Below are positions 33,890-44,056 of a stretch of 64,000 nt of DNA, in pieces. The position numbers and the translations under genes were made by a program. Source of the DNA: Myxococcota bacterium (GTDB lineage: Bacteria; Myxococcota_A; SURF-8); contig OZ223209.1 in NCBI GenBank assembly GCA_965140415.1, forward strand, positions 5,216,001 through 5,280,000, read 5' to 3'. The first letter of the stretch is position 1, and the number at the start of each line of letters is the position of its first letter. The notes beneath the pieces were generated by a model. It saw only the letters and a list, made by a program, of their open reading frames with translations. It had not been told where the DNA came from and searched no databases.

Positions 33890-34366
33890 TTAGGACAGGT
33901 TCGCTCCCAGAGGAAATTCCGTCAGCCTCGCTTCCAAAGACTGATGACAATTGGAAGCGATATCGGATAAGCGCGTTTCGTTGAAATACGAAATGATGCG
34001 CCGGTTGATATCTTTCATGCGCTCGCCGAAAATACACATCTGCGAGCCGCTATCCAAGCGGCAAGCCGGGGTTTCGAACAAGCAATGATTGCTGTTCAAG
34101 TTGCCGTCGAACACCTGATAAATTTCACTCAAGCGAATCTCAGCAGGATCTCTCGTCAGTACAAATCCACCTTTGGGACCGCGCCGCGCCTGAAGAAATC
34201 CGGCTTTCACCATTCGCTGGCAAACCTTGATCATATGGTTTTCGGAAGCAAAGCATACCCGAGCCAAGTCCCCTGCATTCACTCGTTTTCCTTCACTCAT
34301 CGCTAAATACGCCATGGCATGCATCGCCAGGGCGGTCGCATCGGATATTCTAATCAGCATCGGCAT
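33890..34366 (-). CDS. Rrf2-family transcriptional regulator
   Basis: ALHAM.YLA, SENH..KV, RGPKGGF.L, I.L.EIY; three C-terminal Cys (C-x6-C-x8-C) as likely Fe-S ligands. Confidence 0.9.
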   Translation of the reverse strand: MPMLIRISDATALAMHAMAYLAMSEGKRVNAGDLARVCFASENHMIKVCQRMVKAGFLQARRGPKGGFVLTRDPAEIRLSEIYQVFDGNLNSNHCLFETPACRLDSGSQMCIFGERMKDINRRIISYFNETRLSDIASNCHQSLEARLTEFPLGANLS

Positions 34367-34631
34367 TCGCGTACTCCCAACACACATAATACAGCATTGT
34401 GGTATCACAATACCTGAATAGGGTCAAGGAAATGTTCCCTTTTTATGCTGTTCGTTCAAATATTCAATATTTCATGGCAAAGCGGTGTTGAAAATTTCGT
34501 TCACCACATCGGCTTTCCCGGAAAAAATCCCAGCTTTCCAGCTTTACAGGTCTCTTTTCATATAATAGAATAGCAAATTGACTTCGTATTTTTTCGAAAT
34601 AGTAGATGTATGACGTTCGAGGAGTAAAGCA

Positions 34632-37600
34632 ATGAAACTCTCACACGCGGTATGGGTGATGGTTGCGTTTGTGGCTTTTGTCGCCGGTTGTGAAGGGCTG
34701 CCTTCCATTGAAGTAAAAGGCGAATGCCTTTCCGACGAGCATTGCCAGCAAGGGTATTACTGTAATGACGATCTGATCTGCGTTCCCAATCCATTCTGGG
34801 GCGATTCCGATCTGACGCCGGGTGACACTCCCGATGGCGATGTAGACGGCGATAGCGAACAAACCGACGGTGACGGAGTCGATGGTGATGCCACCGATGG
34901 CGACTGGACCGACGGTGACTGGACCGACGGCGATGGAGAAATCGACCAATCCGATGGTGACTGGATCGATGGCGATGGCGAAATCGACCAAGAGTTCGAT
35001 GTAACCTGGCCCTATGCCACCTTGACGAGTTTCACTGTCACGCCGAATAACCCGACGGATCAGGGTGAAACCCTGTATCTTAAAGCCACGGCAGATACTC
35101 AAAGTGGGCAGGCGGCGCGCTTCCAGTTCGATTACCGTTACGGCGGTGATCCCTGGCAACAATTGACAGCCATGACTCCCACCTCCAATGCGTTTTTAGA
35201 ACCAGGCCGAGCGGGACTGTATCATTTCCGTGTACGTGCCCTCGACCCACTAAGCCAGAATCCTTTTGGATTCGACGACGAATCGGAACTGACGCACATC
35301 GTGTTACCTACTTCCGATGGCGATATCGAACAAGACGGTAACGAGTACCGGGCACAGATCCGCTCCTTTAACGTGGAGCCTCGCCGCGTATACTCCGGTC
35401 AGAGAGTGGGAATCGCCACCATAGCCACCGCTCCCAACCAAGTGCAATACGCCTATGCGTATCGGCTGGGAACCGCTTCCTGGCAAACATTCAAAGCATA
35501 TCCGGGACAAGCCAACACTTCCTGGGTCGCCCCCAACCAGGCCGGAACCTATCGCTTGCGCGTACAAGTGCGCGACAGTCTCAGCAATAACCAGGTAGAT
35601 GACAGCGCCTCCGTTTTAGTGCTCGTCGAATCTCAGGTGCAGTACGACTGCGAAACCGCCTGCACGCACATGCGCGAATGCGGCTTTATCTCCTCCGAAG
35701 ATGACTTCTATGAGTGCATGCAGATGTGCGACGATTATGGCTTTACGCAGGCTCAGATCAGATGTCTAAGCACTGCCGACTGTAGTGATTTAATGGACTG
35801 CTTGGATGTCGACGGCGATGTGGTGGACGGCGACGTTCCCTACTGCGACGACAACAACGAATGTACGGATGATTTCGTCACTCCTAACGGCTGTGAATTC
35901 TATCCGGTCGATGATGGCAATGCCTGCGTTGCCGACAATGGGTATCCCGGTTTCTGCGAAGCGGGAGAATGCAGATCCATCGTAGACGGCGACGAACCCA
36001 TCTGCGACGACAACAACGAATGTACCTTTGACTACTACGATCCGCGTCGCGGCTGCCGCTACGACAACATGCCCAACGGCACTCCCTGCAATGGCTCCGA
36101 TCCCAGTCGCGATTATGTCTGTCGCTATGGAAGCTGCGAACCTCAAGATATTACCTACGACTGCACCACCGCCTGCAATCACGCGGCGGAATGCGGCTAT
36201 ATCGGTCCCGGCTCTCCCATTGCAAGCAGCATCGACGAATGTATCGTCATGTGCGAAAACTACGGTCTGACACAGGCGCAGATCGTGTGCGTCAGCACCA
36301 GTTCCTGCGATGACATGTATGACTGTATCGACGTTGACGGCGACATCATCGACGGCGACGAGCCGAACTGCGACGACGGCAACCAGTGCACGCAGGATTA
36401 TTACGACCCCTATTACGGCTGCCGCTACAGCAACCTTCCCAACGGGACACGCTGCTATGGTTCCGACCCGGATCTGAGTTATAGCTGCTACTATGGTCGC
36501 TGCATCCCGAACCAAACCGAATACACTTGTGAAAGCGCCTGCGATCACATTTACGAATGCGGCTCCGCAGGAATCGACTATGACCAGTGTCTCCAGGTTT
36601 GTTACGACGCCTTTACCCAGGAGCAGATCGACTGCCTAAGCACCGCAGCTTGCGATGATCTCTACAACTGTATCTATGCAGATGGCGATGTCGTCGACGG
36701 CGACATCATTGACGGCGACCAGACAGACTGGACTCCGGCGCGCATCACCTTCTTTGGACGCGAACCCGGCGGTCTCTTATACGTCAATGAAGATATCCTT
36801 TTCAGTATTGTAGCTGAAACCGAGTATCCACCCGTTATCGAATACCGCATGGATGTCAGCACGGATTTCACCACCGGCTGGATCGAAGTCATGGATTATC
36901 CGGGTCAGGACACACTTATGGCCCAGGTCACCATGGAGGGCAATTACATCGTGCGCGCCCGCGTGCGCAATGCCGCCTCCACCGATCCGCGTGGCTACGA
37001 CGACGAAGCCTTCGTGGTCTTCGATGTCGTTGAGCATGCCGATGGCGACGAAATCATTTGCGACGACGGTAACCCCTGCACCAGAGACCTGATCAGCCCC
37101 TATGACGAATGTGTCTTCATCCTGGAACCCGACGGCACGGAATGTTCCGTCGGATCGCTCAGCGGCGTCTGCATCTCCGGTGAATGCCAGTTCGACGTCG
37201 ACGGCGACGAGCCAATTTGTGATGACGATAACGATTGTACGCGGGACACCGTTTCCTCCACCGGACAATGTCTGTTCACTCCGGTACAAGACGGTCTTCC
37301 CTGCTACGAAGGAAACGAAGCCGGTGAATGCATCCAGGGCGAATGCGAGCTCTTTGCAGACGGCGATCAGACGGTTTGTGATGACGACAACGAATGCACC
37401 GATGATTACGAAGATGCCAATGGCCGTTGTCAGTACATCCCGGTACCCGATGGTCTGATGTGCTACGACGGTCCCAACATGGGGCTGTGTATCGGTGGAG
37501 AATGCTCACCCTTTACCGACGGCGATCAGCCCTTCTGTGATGATAATAACGACTGTACAGAGGATTACGCATCTCCTAACGGTACCTGCGATTATATACC

Positions 37601-38837
37601 GGTCGATGATGGCAATGCCTGCGTTGCCGACAATGGATATCCCGGTTTCTGCGAAGCAGGCGAATGCCGTGCTTTCGTAGATGGCGATGTAATCGACGGC
37701 GATGAAATCATCTGCGACGACGGCGATCCCTGCACCCAGGACTTCTACGATCCCGATCTGGGCTGCGCGAGCATCCCCTACCCCGACGGTACTGTCTGCG
37801 GAACCGCCCCGAACGGGCAGGCTCTGATCTGCATCAGTGGTGTATGTGAATGGATCGTAGACGGCGATGTCACCGACGGTGACACGGCGGACGGTGATGA
37901 TGTGGATGGCGACACAACCAACGACCGCGACGGCGACGGCATCCCGGACGACGAAGACAACTGCCCGGACAAGCCGAACATGGCGCAGGGCAACAACGAC
38001 GGTGACGATCACGGCGACGCCTGCGATAACTGCCCCTACGCCTACAACAACGACCAGACGGATTCGGATCACGACTGGCTGGGCGATGCCTGCGATCCTA
38101 CGCCTTACAATGCCAACGTCTGCCTGGATATCGCCTGTACGGCGGACAGCGAATGCCAGCGCTTCGGCCTGATCTGCGGCGATGAAGGCTATTGCAGCAA
38201 GAGCTGCGCCAATGCAGCCTGCCCTCGTCCCTGGAGTTGCCAGGAAGGCGATGTCTGCGGTTGCCCGCCCGAGCCGCCCGATTGCCCCATTTCCTGTAGT
38301 ACTTCGAGTCAGTGCCCGGATGAGGTGCCTGTTTGCGCGGATGTCTACAATCGTGACGGCAACAAGGAATGCTCCCGCTCTTGCAGCGACGACAACCCCT
38401 GTCCGGAGGATTACCGCTGCTACCAGGGCAACTGCATTTGCGAGTATCTGCCCGACGACACCTGCACGCAGGAACTCTGCCGCGAGGACAGCGAATGCTC
38501 CGACCAGACCTGGAATGAATGTCTGATCACTCCCTTCATTCCGGAACCGATCTGCTCGCGTAGCTGCACCAGCCCCACCGACTGCGGTGGACAGTCCTAT
38601 TGCGAAGCAGGCTTCTGCCTGTGCGATCCGACTCCCGAACCGATCTGCAATTACGGAAGCTGCCTGCTCGACGATAACTGCACCAGCCAGTACGGCTCAA
38701 GTTCCTACTGCACCGGCTCCTGGCTGGACCCCCTGAATCGCTACTGCACCAAGAACTGTAGTACGAATATCGACTGTATCGCCACATTCGGTGCGGACTT
38801 CATCTGCTCCGGCGGCGAATGTCAGTGCGACGATTGA
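34632..38837 (+). CDS. Giant Cys-rich modular lipoprotein (DGD linkers, Ig-like domains, CDDxNxCT repeats, thrombospondin type-3 repeats)
   Basis: VAGC lipobox; about nine CDD.N.CT.D modules; DRDGDGIPD..DNCP...N..Q TSP3 repeats; GAGGAG RBS. Confidence 0.88.
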   Translation: MKLSHAVWVMVAFVAFVAGCEGLPSIEVKGECLSDEHCQQGYYCNDDLICVPNPFWGDSDLTPGDTPDGDVDGDSEQTDGDGVDGDATDGDWTDGDWTDGDGEIDQSDGDWIDGDGEIDQEFDVTWPYATLTSFTVTPNNPTDQGETLYLKATADTQSGQAARFQFDYRYGGDPWQQLTAMTPTSNAFLEPGRAGLYHFRVRALDPLSQNPFGFDDESELTHIVLPTSDGDIEQDGNEYRAQIRSFNVEPRRVYSGQRVGIATIATAPNQVQYAYAYRLGTASWQTFKAYPGQANTSWVAPNQAGTYRLRVQVRDSLSNNQVDDSASVLVLVESQVQYDCETACTHMRECGFISSEDDFYECMQMCDDYGFTQAQIRCLSTADCSDLMDCLDVDGDVVDGDVPYCDDNNECTDDFVTPNGCEFYPVDDGNACVADNGYPGFCEAGECRSIVDGDEPICDDNNECTFDYYDPRRGCRYDNMPNGTPCNGSDPSRDYVCRYGSCEPQDITYDCTTACNHAAECGYIGPGSPIASSIDECIVMCENYGLTQAQIVCVSTSSCDDMYDCIDVDGDIIDGDEPNCDDGNQCTQDYYDPYYGCRYSNLPNGTRCYGSDPDLSYSCYYGRCIPNQTEYTCESACDHIYECGSAGIDYDQCLQVCYDAFTQEQIDCLSTAACDDLYNCIYADGDVVDGDIIDGDQTDWTPARITFFGREPGGLLYVNEDILFSIVAETEYPPVIEYRMDVSTDFTTGWIEVMDYPGQDTLMAQVTMEGNYIVRARVRNAASTDPRGYDDEAFVVFDVVEHADGDEIICDDGNPCTRDLISPYDECVFILEPDGTECSVGSLSGVCISGECQFDVDGDEPICDDDNDCTRDTVSSTGQCLFTPVQDGLPCYEGNEAGECIQGECELFADGDQTVCDDDNECTDDYEDANGRCQYIPVPDGLMCYDGPNMGLCIGGECSPFTDGDQPFCDDNNDCTEDYASPNGTCDYIPVDDGNACVADNGYPGFCEAGECRAFVDGDVIDGDEIICDDGDPCTQDFYDPDLGCASIPYPDGTVCGTAPNGQALICISGVCEWIVDGDVTDGDTADGDDVDGDTTNDRDGDGIPDDEDNCPDKPNMAQGNNDGDDHGDACDNCPYAYNNDQTDSDHDWLGDACDPTPYNANVCLDIACTADSECQRFGLICGDEGYCSKSCANAACPRPWSCQEGDVCGCPPEPPDCPISCSTSSQCPDEVPVCADVYNRDGNKECSRSCSDDNPCPEDYRCYQGNCICEYLPDDTCTQELCREDSECSDQTWNECLITPFIPEPICSRSCTSPTDCGGQSYCEAGFCLCDPTPEPICNYGSCLLDDNCTSQYGSSSYCTGSWLDPLNRYCTKNCSTNIDCIATFGADFICSGGECQCDD

Positions 38838-38870
38838 TCTTAGGGACCAAACTTGTTGTTTGAAACAACC

Positions 38871-38908
38871 GGGCATCCCCAGCACGGGGATGCCCTTGCT
38901 TTTTTTAC
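38871..38908 (+). terminator. Intrinsic terminator
   Basis: GGGCATCCCC-AGCAC-GGGGATGCCC followed by TTGCTTTTTT. Confidence 0.8.
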
Positions 38909-38921
38909 CTTGAGGTAGCGC

Positions 38922-40184
38922 GTGTTCAACACCGGTAAACCCCGCATCGATCCCAACCGCGTGGTGCTGACACCCAATCAGGTTCGCGCCATGGAGGAAA
39001 CGCGCGTTTTCTACGAACGTCTCCAGCGCCGCCCCTACGCCACCTATGCCTTACTGGCGGTCATCGTATGCTTCTGGGGTCTTTCCATGATCTGCGGTGC
39101 GCAGAGCGACCCCAAGACACTGATACGCATGGGCGCGAAGATCAACCTCTTTATCGATCTCGGACAGAGCTGGCGCTTCGTTTCGCCCATTTTTCTGCAC
39201 TTCGGCATTCTGCACATTCTCTTTAACGGCTACGCGCTCTATCTGCTGGGCCGCATGATCGAAAATCTCTATGGCATTCAACGCTTTCTGTTGATTTTCT
39301 TCTTTGCTGGAGTCGCCAGTATCGTGGCCAGTTATCTGGGTTCGGACATGATGTCCGTGGGCGCCAGCGGCGCGATTTTCGGCCTGCTGGGTGCCGGCAC
39401 GGTGGTCGGCTACCGCTTCCGCAGTGACATTCCACCCATTTTCCGCCGCTTTTTCGGACGTGGCCTGCTGCCCTGGATCGTATTGAACCTGGCACTGGGT
39501 TTCGTAATCGAAGGCATCGACAACTACGCCCATATCGGGGGACTGATCGTCGGCTCGCTGGTTGCATTCCCCATGCGCCCGATCTTCGTTCCACGCAATG
39601 GAAAAATTGGTATGCAACCGATCGTTACACTGGCAGCGCTTTGTGCTACGGTGGTCATGCTGGCCGTAATCGGCATCATGCTGCACAACATGTTTATCGA
39701 TGACTCGCTGCCCGCTCCCAAGCAGTGGGCCTCCTTCCAAGACCCGGCATCCATGGTCAGTGCACGCATTCCCAAAGATCTGGTTGCCACTCCCAATTCG
39801 GAAATTCGTTTCGGACGGCAGTATGTCGAACCGAATCTGGGATTCTGGGTAGCGGTGGAACGTGAGCCAGACAGGCAAGCGGAGTTGGACCGTGTGGTGG
39901 AAGATCTGGTAGAAGAAGTCAACCGAACCAGCGAAATCAATGCCAACAGCCTGAAATTTGAAGCCGAAGAAGAAACACAGATAGATGGGCGCCCGGCACA
40001 ACGGGTACGCTTTTCTTTTTCACTAAAAGAACAGACCATGCGATACGATGTGGAAGTATGGGTGATTCCGACCGGAATGGGAAGCATCAGCGCTACCTGC
40101 TCGGCACCCGATATCTTTTACGATTTATTTCGGAATTGGTGCGACGGCTTTATCGATTCGATTCGCATAATGGAAGCGGGTTAG
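38922..40184 (+). CDS. Rhomboid intramembrane serine protease with C-terminal soluble domain
   Basis: WR...PIFLH.G..H..FN, VGASGAIFG, AHIGGL motifs. Confidence 0.92.
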   Translation: MFNTGKPRIDPNRVVLTPNQVRAMEETRVFYERLQRRPYATYALLAVIVCFWGLSMICGAQSDPKTLIRMGAKINLFIDLGQSWRFVSPIFLHFGILHILFNGYALYLLGRMIENLYGIQRFLLIFFFAGVASIVASYLGSDMMSVGASGAIFGLLGAGTVVGYRFRSDIPPIFRRFFGRGLLPWIVLNLALGFVIEGIDNYAHIGGLIVGSLVAFPMRPIFVPRNGKIGMQPIVTLAALCATVVMLAVIGIMLHNMFIDDSLPAPKQWASFQDPASMVSARIPKDLVATPNSEIRFGRQYVEPNLGFWVAVEREPDRQAELDRVVEDLVEEVNRTSEINANSLKFEAEEETQIDGRPAQRVRFSFSLKEQTMRYDVEVWVIPTGMGSISATCSAPDIFYDLFRNWCDGFIDSIRIMEAG

Positions 40185-40240
40185 CCGACACCCAACACCA
40201 TCATTGAAAAACGAGGGCTAATCGAAAGGAAGGGAACATC

Positions 40241-40705
40241 ATGAAATTGATTTCATCGACTTGCCTGTTGTTGCTGGCGCTGCTGATATGCAGTTCCGGT
40301 TTATGCGAAGAGGCTCATTACCTCTATCTGATCGGGTTGACGGACAATGGCGTCACGGTGGACGGTGTTCGAAAAGTGGGGCAGGCGCTACCCAAGCAAC
40401 GCGGTGAACTGCCACAGCGCGCCTTTCGTATCCAGTTACTCGACCCGAGCGGAAAAACCATCTTCACCACCAGCAAGCGCGATCCACGTCGATTGACGGT
40501 CCCGTTACCGCTGAACGGCCAGCCGGATCATTCCGCCGTACAGCGCGAGAAGGGCTCTATGCTGCTGCATCTTCCGCTTCATGCCGACGGTGCGAAACTG
40601 GTATTTGAAAAGCGTGATATCCAACCCGGTAGCACTCCGCTAAAAGCGGAGTATGTTCCCTTCGCCAGTGTCATTCTCTCCGTACCGAAGGAGGATGTGC
40701 AATGA
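40241..40705 (+). CDS. Hypothetical secreted protein, coupled to the M64 peptidase gene
   Basis: Signal peptide, AGGAAGGG RBS, ATGA overlap with the next gene. Confidence 0.7.
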   Translation: MKLISSTCLLLLALLICSSGLCEEAHYLYLIGLTDNGVTVDGVRKVGQALPKQRGELPQRAFRIQLLDPSGKTIFTTSKRDPRRLTVPLPLNGQPDHSAVQREKGSMLLHLPLHADGAKLVFEKRDIQPGSTPLKAEYVPFASVILSVPKEDVQ

Positions 40706-42285
40706 AACGCCTCATCGGGAACTCTTTCATTATTGCCGTGTTGCTGCTGATCGCCCTGCCCGCCTTCGCCTGGGATACCGAAGTGTTGGAAGAAAACGGT
40801 CCGGCAGCCAACCGCATCAATATCGCGATTCTGGGCGACGGCTACACCGCCGAGCAGCAAAGCAATTTTCGCACTCATGCCGACTGGCTGGTCAGTTACG
40901 TTTACAATCAGGCTCCTTTCGCAGAATACCGCAGTCATTTCAACTTCTACCTGGTTTACGTCATCAGTAACGAATCGGGCGCAGACCATCCCAGCCAGAA
41001 CGACTATCGCGACACGGCGCTGGATGCCACCTACGAAGTCAACGGCATCGACCGTCTTCTGGCAGTTGACTACGGCAAAGCCTTTTCCGCCGCAAGCGAA
41101 ATCGACAGCGTGGACTATGTATTCGTGATCGTCAACGACACGGAATACGGCGGCTCGGGTGGTTCGGTTGCGGTCAGTTCCATCCACACCTATGGCCCGG
41201 AAATCCTGACGCACGAAATCGGCCATATGTTCGGCGATCTGGCGGATGAATACGAGTCCGCCTATCCCGGCTATCCGCCCGGCGACTACGAACCGAACGT
41301 GACGTATCAGACACAGCGCGACTTGATTCCCTGGAACGTCTGGATCGAAGCCAGCACTCCGGTGCCGACGCCGGAAACCAATGATTACGCGGCGGCTGTC
41401 GGTCTGTTCGAAGGCGCACGCTATCTGACCGCCGATATTTATCGGCCCAAACTGACCTGCCGCATGCGGGAGTTGAATCGTCCATTCTGCGAAGTCTGCG
41501 GCGAAGCGTTGATTGTCGCCGACTATCGCCGGGTGTCTCCTTCCGATGCCGCTGGTGGAGCCGTACGCATTGCCAGTGATGGAGAAATCACGCTGGAAGC
41601 ACTGCCCGTACAACCTATTTCCGACAGCATCAGCGTTCAGTGGAAATTGGACGGCGCTCCGGCAGGCACGGATGACACCTTACTTGTTTCCGGCGAGGGG
41701 CTCTGGTTGGGTGCACACTATGTTGAAGCCGTCCTACAAGACGAAAGCTCTTCGTTGCGTACGGACTCCGCGCGTAATGCCGCCAAAGAGACTATCAGCT
41801 GGAACCTGACAGTCGGCGATGCTCCCGATGGTGATTTGGACAGCACGGAAGGTGAGCAACCCGCCGATGGCGACGCAATCGATGGCGATCAAATCACCGA
41901 TGGTGATGTGGTAGTCGATGGAGATCAAATCACGGATGGTGATGCAATAACCGACGGCGATCAAGTCACTGATGGCGATACAATAACCGATGGTGATCAA
42001 ATTACTGATGGAGACAATCAAGCCGATGGCGACGATACCGACGGTGATACGATCGATGGAGATGACATTTCGGATGGCGATGAAATCGACGGCGACAACA
42101 CAACTCCTGCCGATCAGGACAACGCCACGGATGGTGATCTGGAACTGGAGCAGGAAACAACAATCATCGATGATGGCAGTGGCGGCAGTTGCCGGATGAC
42201 GTCGCCCGGCGACCTTTCCGCACTGTTCGTTGGATTGCTACTGTTCGCGCTGTCGTGGAAAAGACGACGGAACAGCCTGAACTAG
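40702..42285 (+). CDS. M64-family (IgA peptidase-like) metallopeptidase with DGD stalk and MYXO-CTERM-like tail
   Basis: I.ILGDGYT, YGGSG, HEIGH...LADEY, GLFEGA, C.M.....FC.VC motifs; GSGGSC-TM-KRRR C-terminus. Confidence 0.9.
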   Translation: MKRLIGNSFIIAVLLLIALPAFAWDTEVLEENGPAANRINIAILGDGYTAEQQSNFRTHADWLVSYVYNQAPFAEYRSHFNFYLVYVISNESGADHPSQNDYRDTALDATYEVNGIDRLLAVDYGKAFSAASEIDSVDYVFVIVNDTEYGGSGGSVAVSSIHTYGPEILTHEIGHMFGDLADEYESAYPGYPPGDYEPNVTYQTQRDLIPWNVWIEASTPVPTPETNDYAAAVGLFEGARYLTADIYRPKLTCRMRELNRPFCEVCGEALIVADYRRVSPSDAAGGAVRIASDGEITLEALPVQPISDSISVQWKLDGAPAGTDDTLLVSGEGLWLGAHYVEAVLQDESSSLRTDSARNAAKETISWNLTVGDAPDGDLDSTEGEQPADGDAIDGDQITDGDVVVDGDQITDGDAITDGDQVTDGDTITDGDQITDGDNQADGDDTDGDTIDGDDISDGDEIDGDNTTPADQDNATDGDLELEQETTIIDDGSGGSCRMTSPGDLSALFVGLLLFALSWKRRRNSLN

Positions 42286-42300
42286 AAAAAGGAGAGAGAC

Positions 42301-42954
42301 ATGCAGGTGCGGATTTTGTTGGTACTGTTTGCAATTCTCTTGCTGTGCGGGTTGATGACCGCCTGCGGATCGGATGATGACGACAACACAGATGGCGACA
42401 GCCCGGATGGAGATGTCACCGACGGCGACAATACCGATGGCGACGGCACGATCTACGGCGATGACGATGTGACCATCGATGGTGATGAAGCCGAGCAGGA
42501 CGATCCTTATGCGGGTATGACCACGCAGCGCGGGGACGCCCAAATGGCCAAATTGACCGTGGTGTCATTGACACCATCAAGCGTAAAAGAAGACAGTGAG
42601 CCAGGTGATGGCAACTGGGCCGTGCAGAGCGTAACCGACTTTTCGGATCAGAGTCCGGCCAGCAACTTCGGTTATTCCGCCGCCGGTTACGAACTGGGTT
42701 ATAACGAGTTGTCCAAACAGGTGGAAATCGCACCGAATATCACTACGCAAATGTACGCCAGCAACCAATCGATTCCCTGGCAGGGACCATTCACCGAGCG
42801 CGAGCAGATCGCCATCGAGGAAGAAAGCTACACCTATTTCCGTCTGCACGACGGCGACACGGTGTACTACCTGCGCCTGTGGTGCGACACCACCGGTGGT
42901 GCTGGCTTAGACGGCTCCTACGAGCTTTCAGAATCGCCGAAGTTTCCGGAGTAA
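42301..42954 (+). CDS. Lipoprotein with DGD repeats
   Basis: MTAC lipobox, AGGAG RBS, acidic linker. Confidence 0.78.
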   Translation: MQVRILLVLFAILLLCGLMTACGSDDDDNTDGDSPDGDVTDGDNTDGDGTIYGDDDVTIDGDEAEQDDPYAGMTTQRGDAQMAKLTVVSLTPSSVKEDSEPGDGNWAVQSVTDFSDQSPASNFGYSAAGYELGYNELSKQVEIAPNITTQMYASNQSIPWQGPFTEREQIAIEEESYTYFRLHDGDTVYYLRLWCDTTGGAGLDGSYELSESPKFPE

Positions 42955-43064
42955 ACCCGGAACGCATTCTTGCCATAAAAGTCTCCCGGCCCCGCAGGTG
43001 TAACCTTCACGGGGTCGGGGTAGTGCAAGGACCGATGCTTGACTCGATGTCTATCCGCCTTGCA

Positions 43065-43442
43065 TTACGAGATGAGTTCTCCGTCGAAAGTGCTGGTATG
43101 GTACACAGCCCGCATACGGTTCTGCTCCCATTGTTGCTTTTTCGCGGCCTGTATGACTCCGAACAGCGTTTTACGTAACTCACTCCCCTGTTGCTTTCCC
43201 AGCCGGTCGTGTATCGTTGCTAAAAGGTGTCGGTCGAACGCTTCCCGGTTTTCTCCATACCGGTTCTCGGCATCGCCTAGCGCGCCAAGCAGTTCCCGAC
43301 GTAGGGTCAGACTGGTGTTGTCGTCTAAAATGCCTTTCACGACATTCAAGAACAATCGATTGAAATCCTCCAAGGGTAGATCACGCATACGCAACTCTCC
43401 GGCTTCGAAGTCGCGTTCAATGTTGTTGTTATGATGACTCAT
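43065..43442 (-). CDS. Hypothetical protein
   Basis: 125-aa helical ORF with AAGGA RBS. Confidence 0.55.
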   Translation of the reverse strand: MSHHNNNIERDFEAGELRMRDLPLEDFNRLFLNVVKGILDDNTSLTLRRELLGALGDAENRYGENREAFDRHLLATIHDRLGKQQGSELRKTLFGVIQAAKKQQWEQNRMRAVYHTSTFDGELIS

Positions 43443-43638
43443 GTCCTTAACCTCTCTGTTTCAGCAAGTAAGACCAACGGCGGCCACTGCTGCCTTCCTA
43501 TTGGTTAGAGAACAACTTTCACCGGTTTATTCCAGGCATCGTTTGAAATTGTTCAAAATTACCTTCTGAGCCACCATTCACAAAAATCCCCCGCGCTGTC
43601 AAGGCAGGCGGGGGAAGAAGAGTCCGGCTCGCTTATGT

Positions 43639-44025
43639 CTAGCCGGTAGTGATGGAAATCTCACGCGGTTTCAGTTCGGGAGACTTGGGCAGGTGCAGCG
43701 AAAGCACCCCTTCCTTCAACTCGGCCTGGATCTTTTCCTTGTCGATGCCTTTGGGTACAGAGAACGCCCGATAATACTCGACCGAACCCAACTCTCGTTC
43801 ACGCTCTGCGCCGAAGCGTTCAATCTCCCGGAAGCCTTCGACAGTCAAGGTGTTGTTGTCCAGGTTGATGCTCAGATCTTTTTTGTCTACGCCGGGCAGA
43901 TCGGCCATCAACAGCACTTCCTCTTTATTTTCGTAGATATCCACCAGGGGAGAGATCCGATATCGATTGCGATAGTTCTCGACGTCCTGGTTTTCTTTCT
44001 GAATCAGATCTTTGTTCTCACTCAT
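43639..44025 (-). CDS. Hsp20/alpha-crystallin family protein
   Basis: PLVDIYE, ADLPGV, A.LK.GVL.LHLPK; AGGAGG RBS. Confidence 0.93.
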   Translation of the reverse strand: MSENKDLIQKENQDVENYRNRYRISPLVDIYENKEEVLLMADLPGVDKKDLSINLDNNTLTVEGFREIERFGAERERELGSVEYYRAFSVPKGIDKEKIQAELKEGVLSLHLPKSPELKPREISITTG

Positions 44026-44056
44026 GACGTCCTCCTTTCTTGTCAATCCCGCAAGT

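Noticed and set aside
43065-43442. 125-aa helical ORF as a DGR accessory Avd protein, with its AACAACAAC as a template repeat
   Set aside because: No Avd-like motifs (e.g. C-terminal GGW), no RT nearby, and no similarity to the candidate variable region
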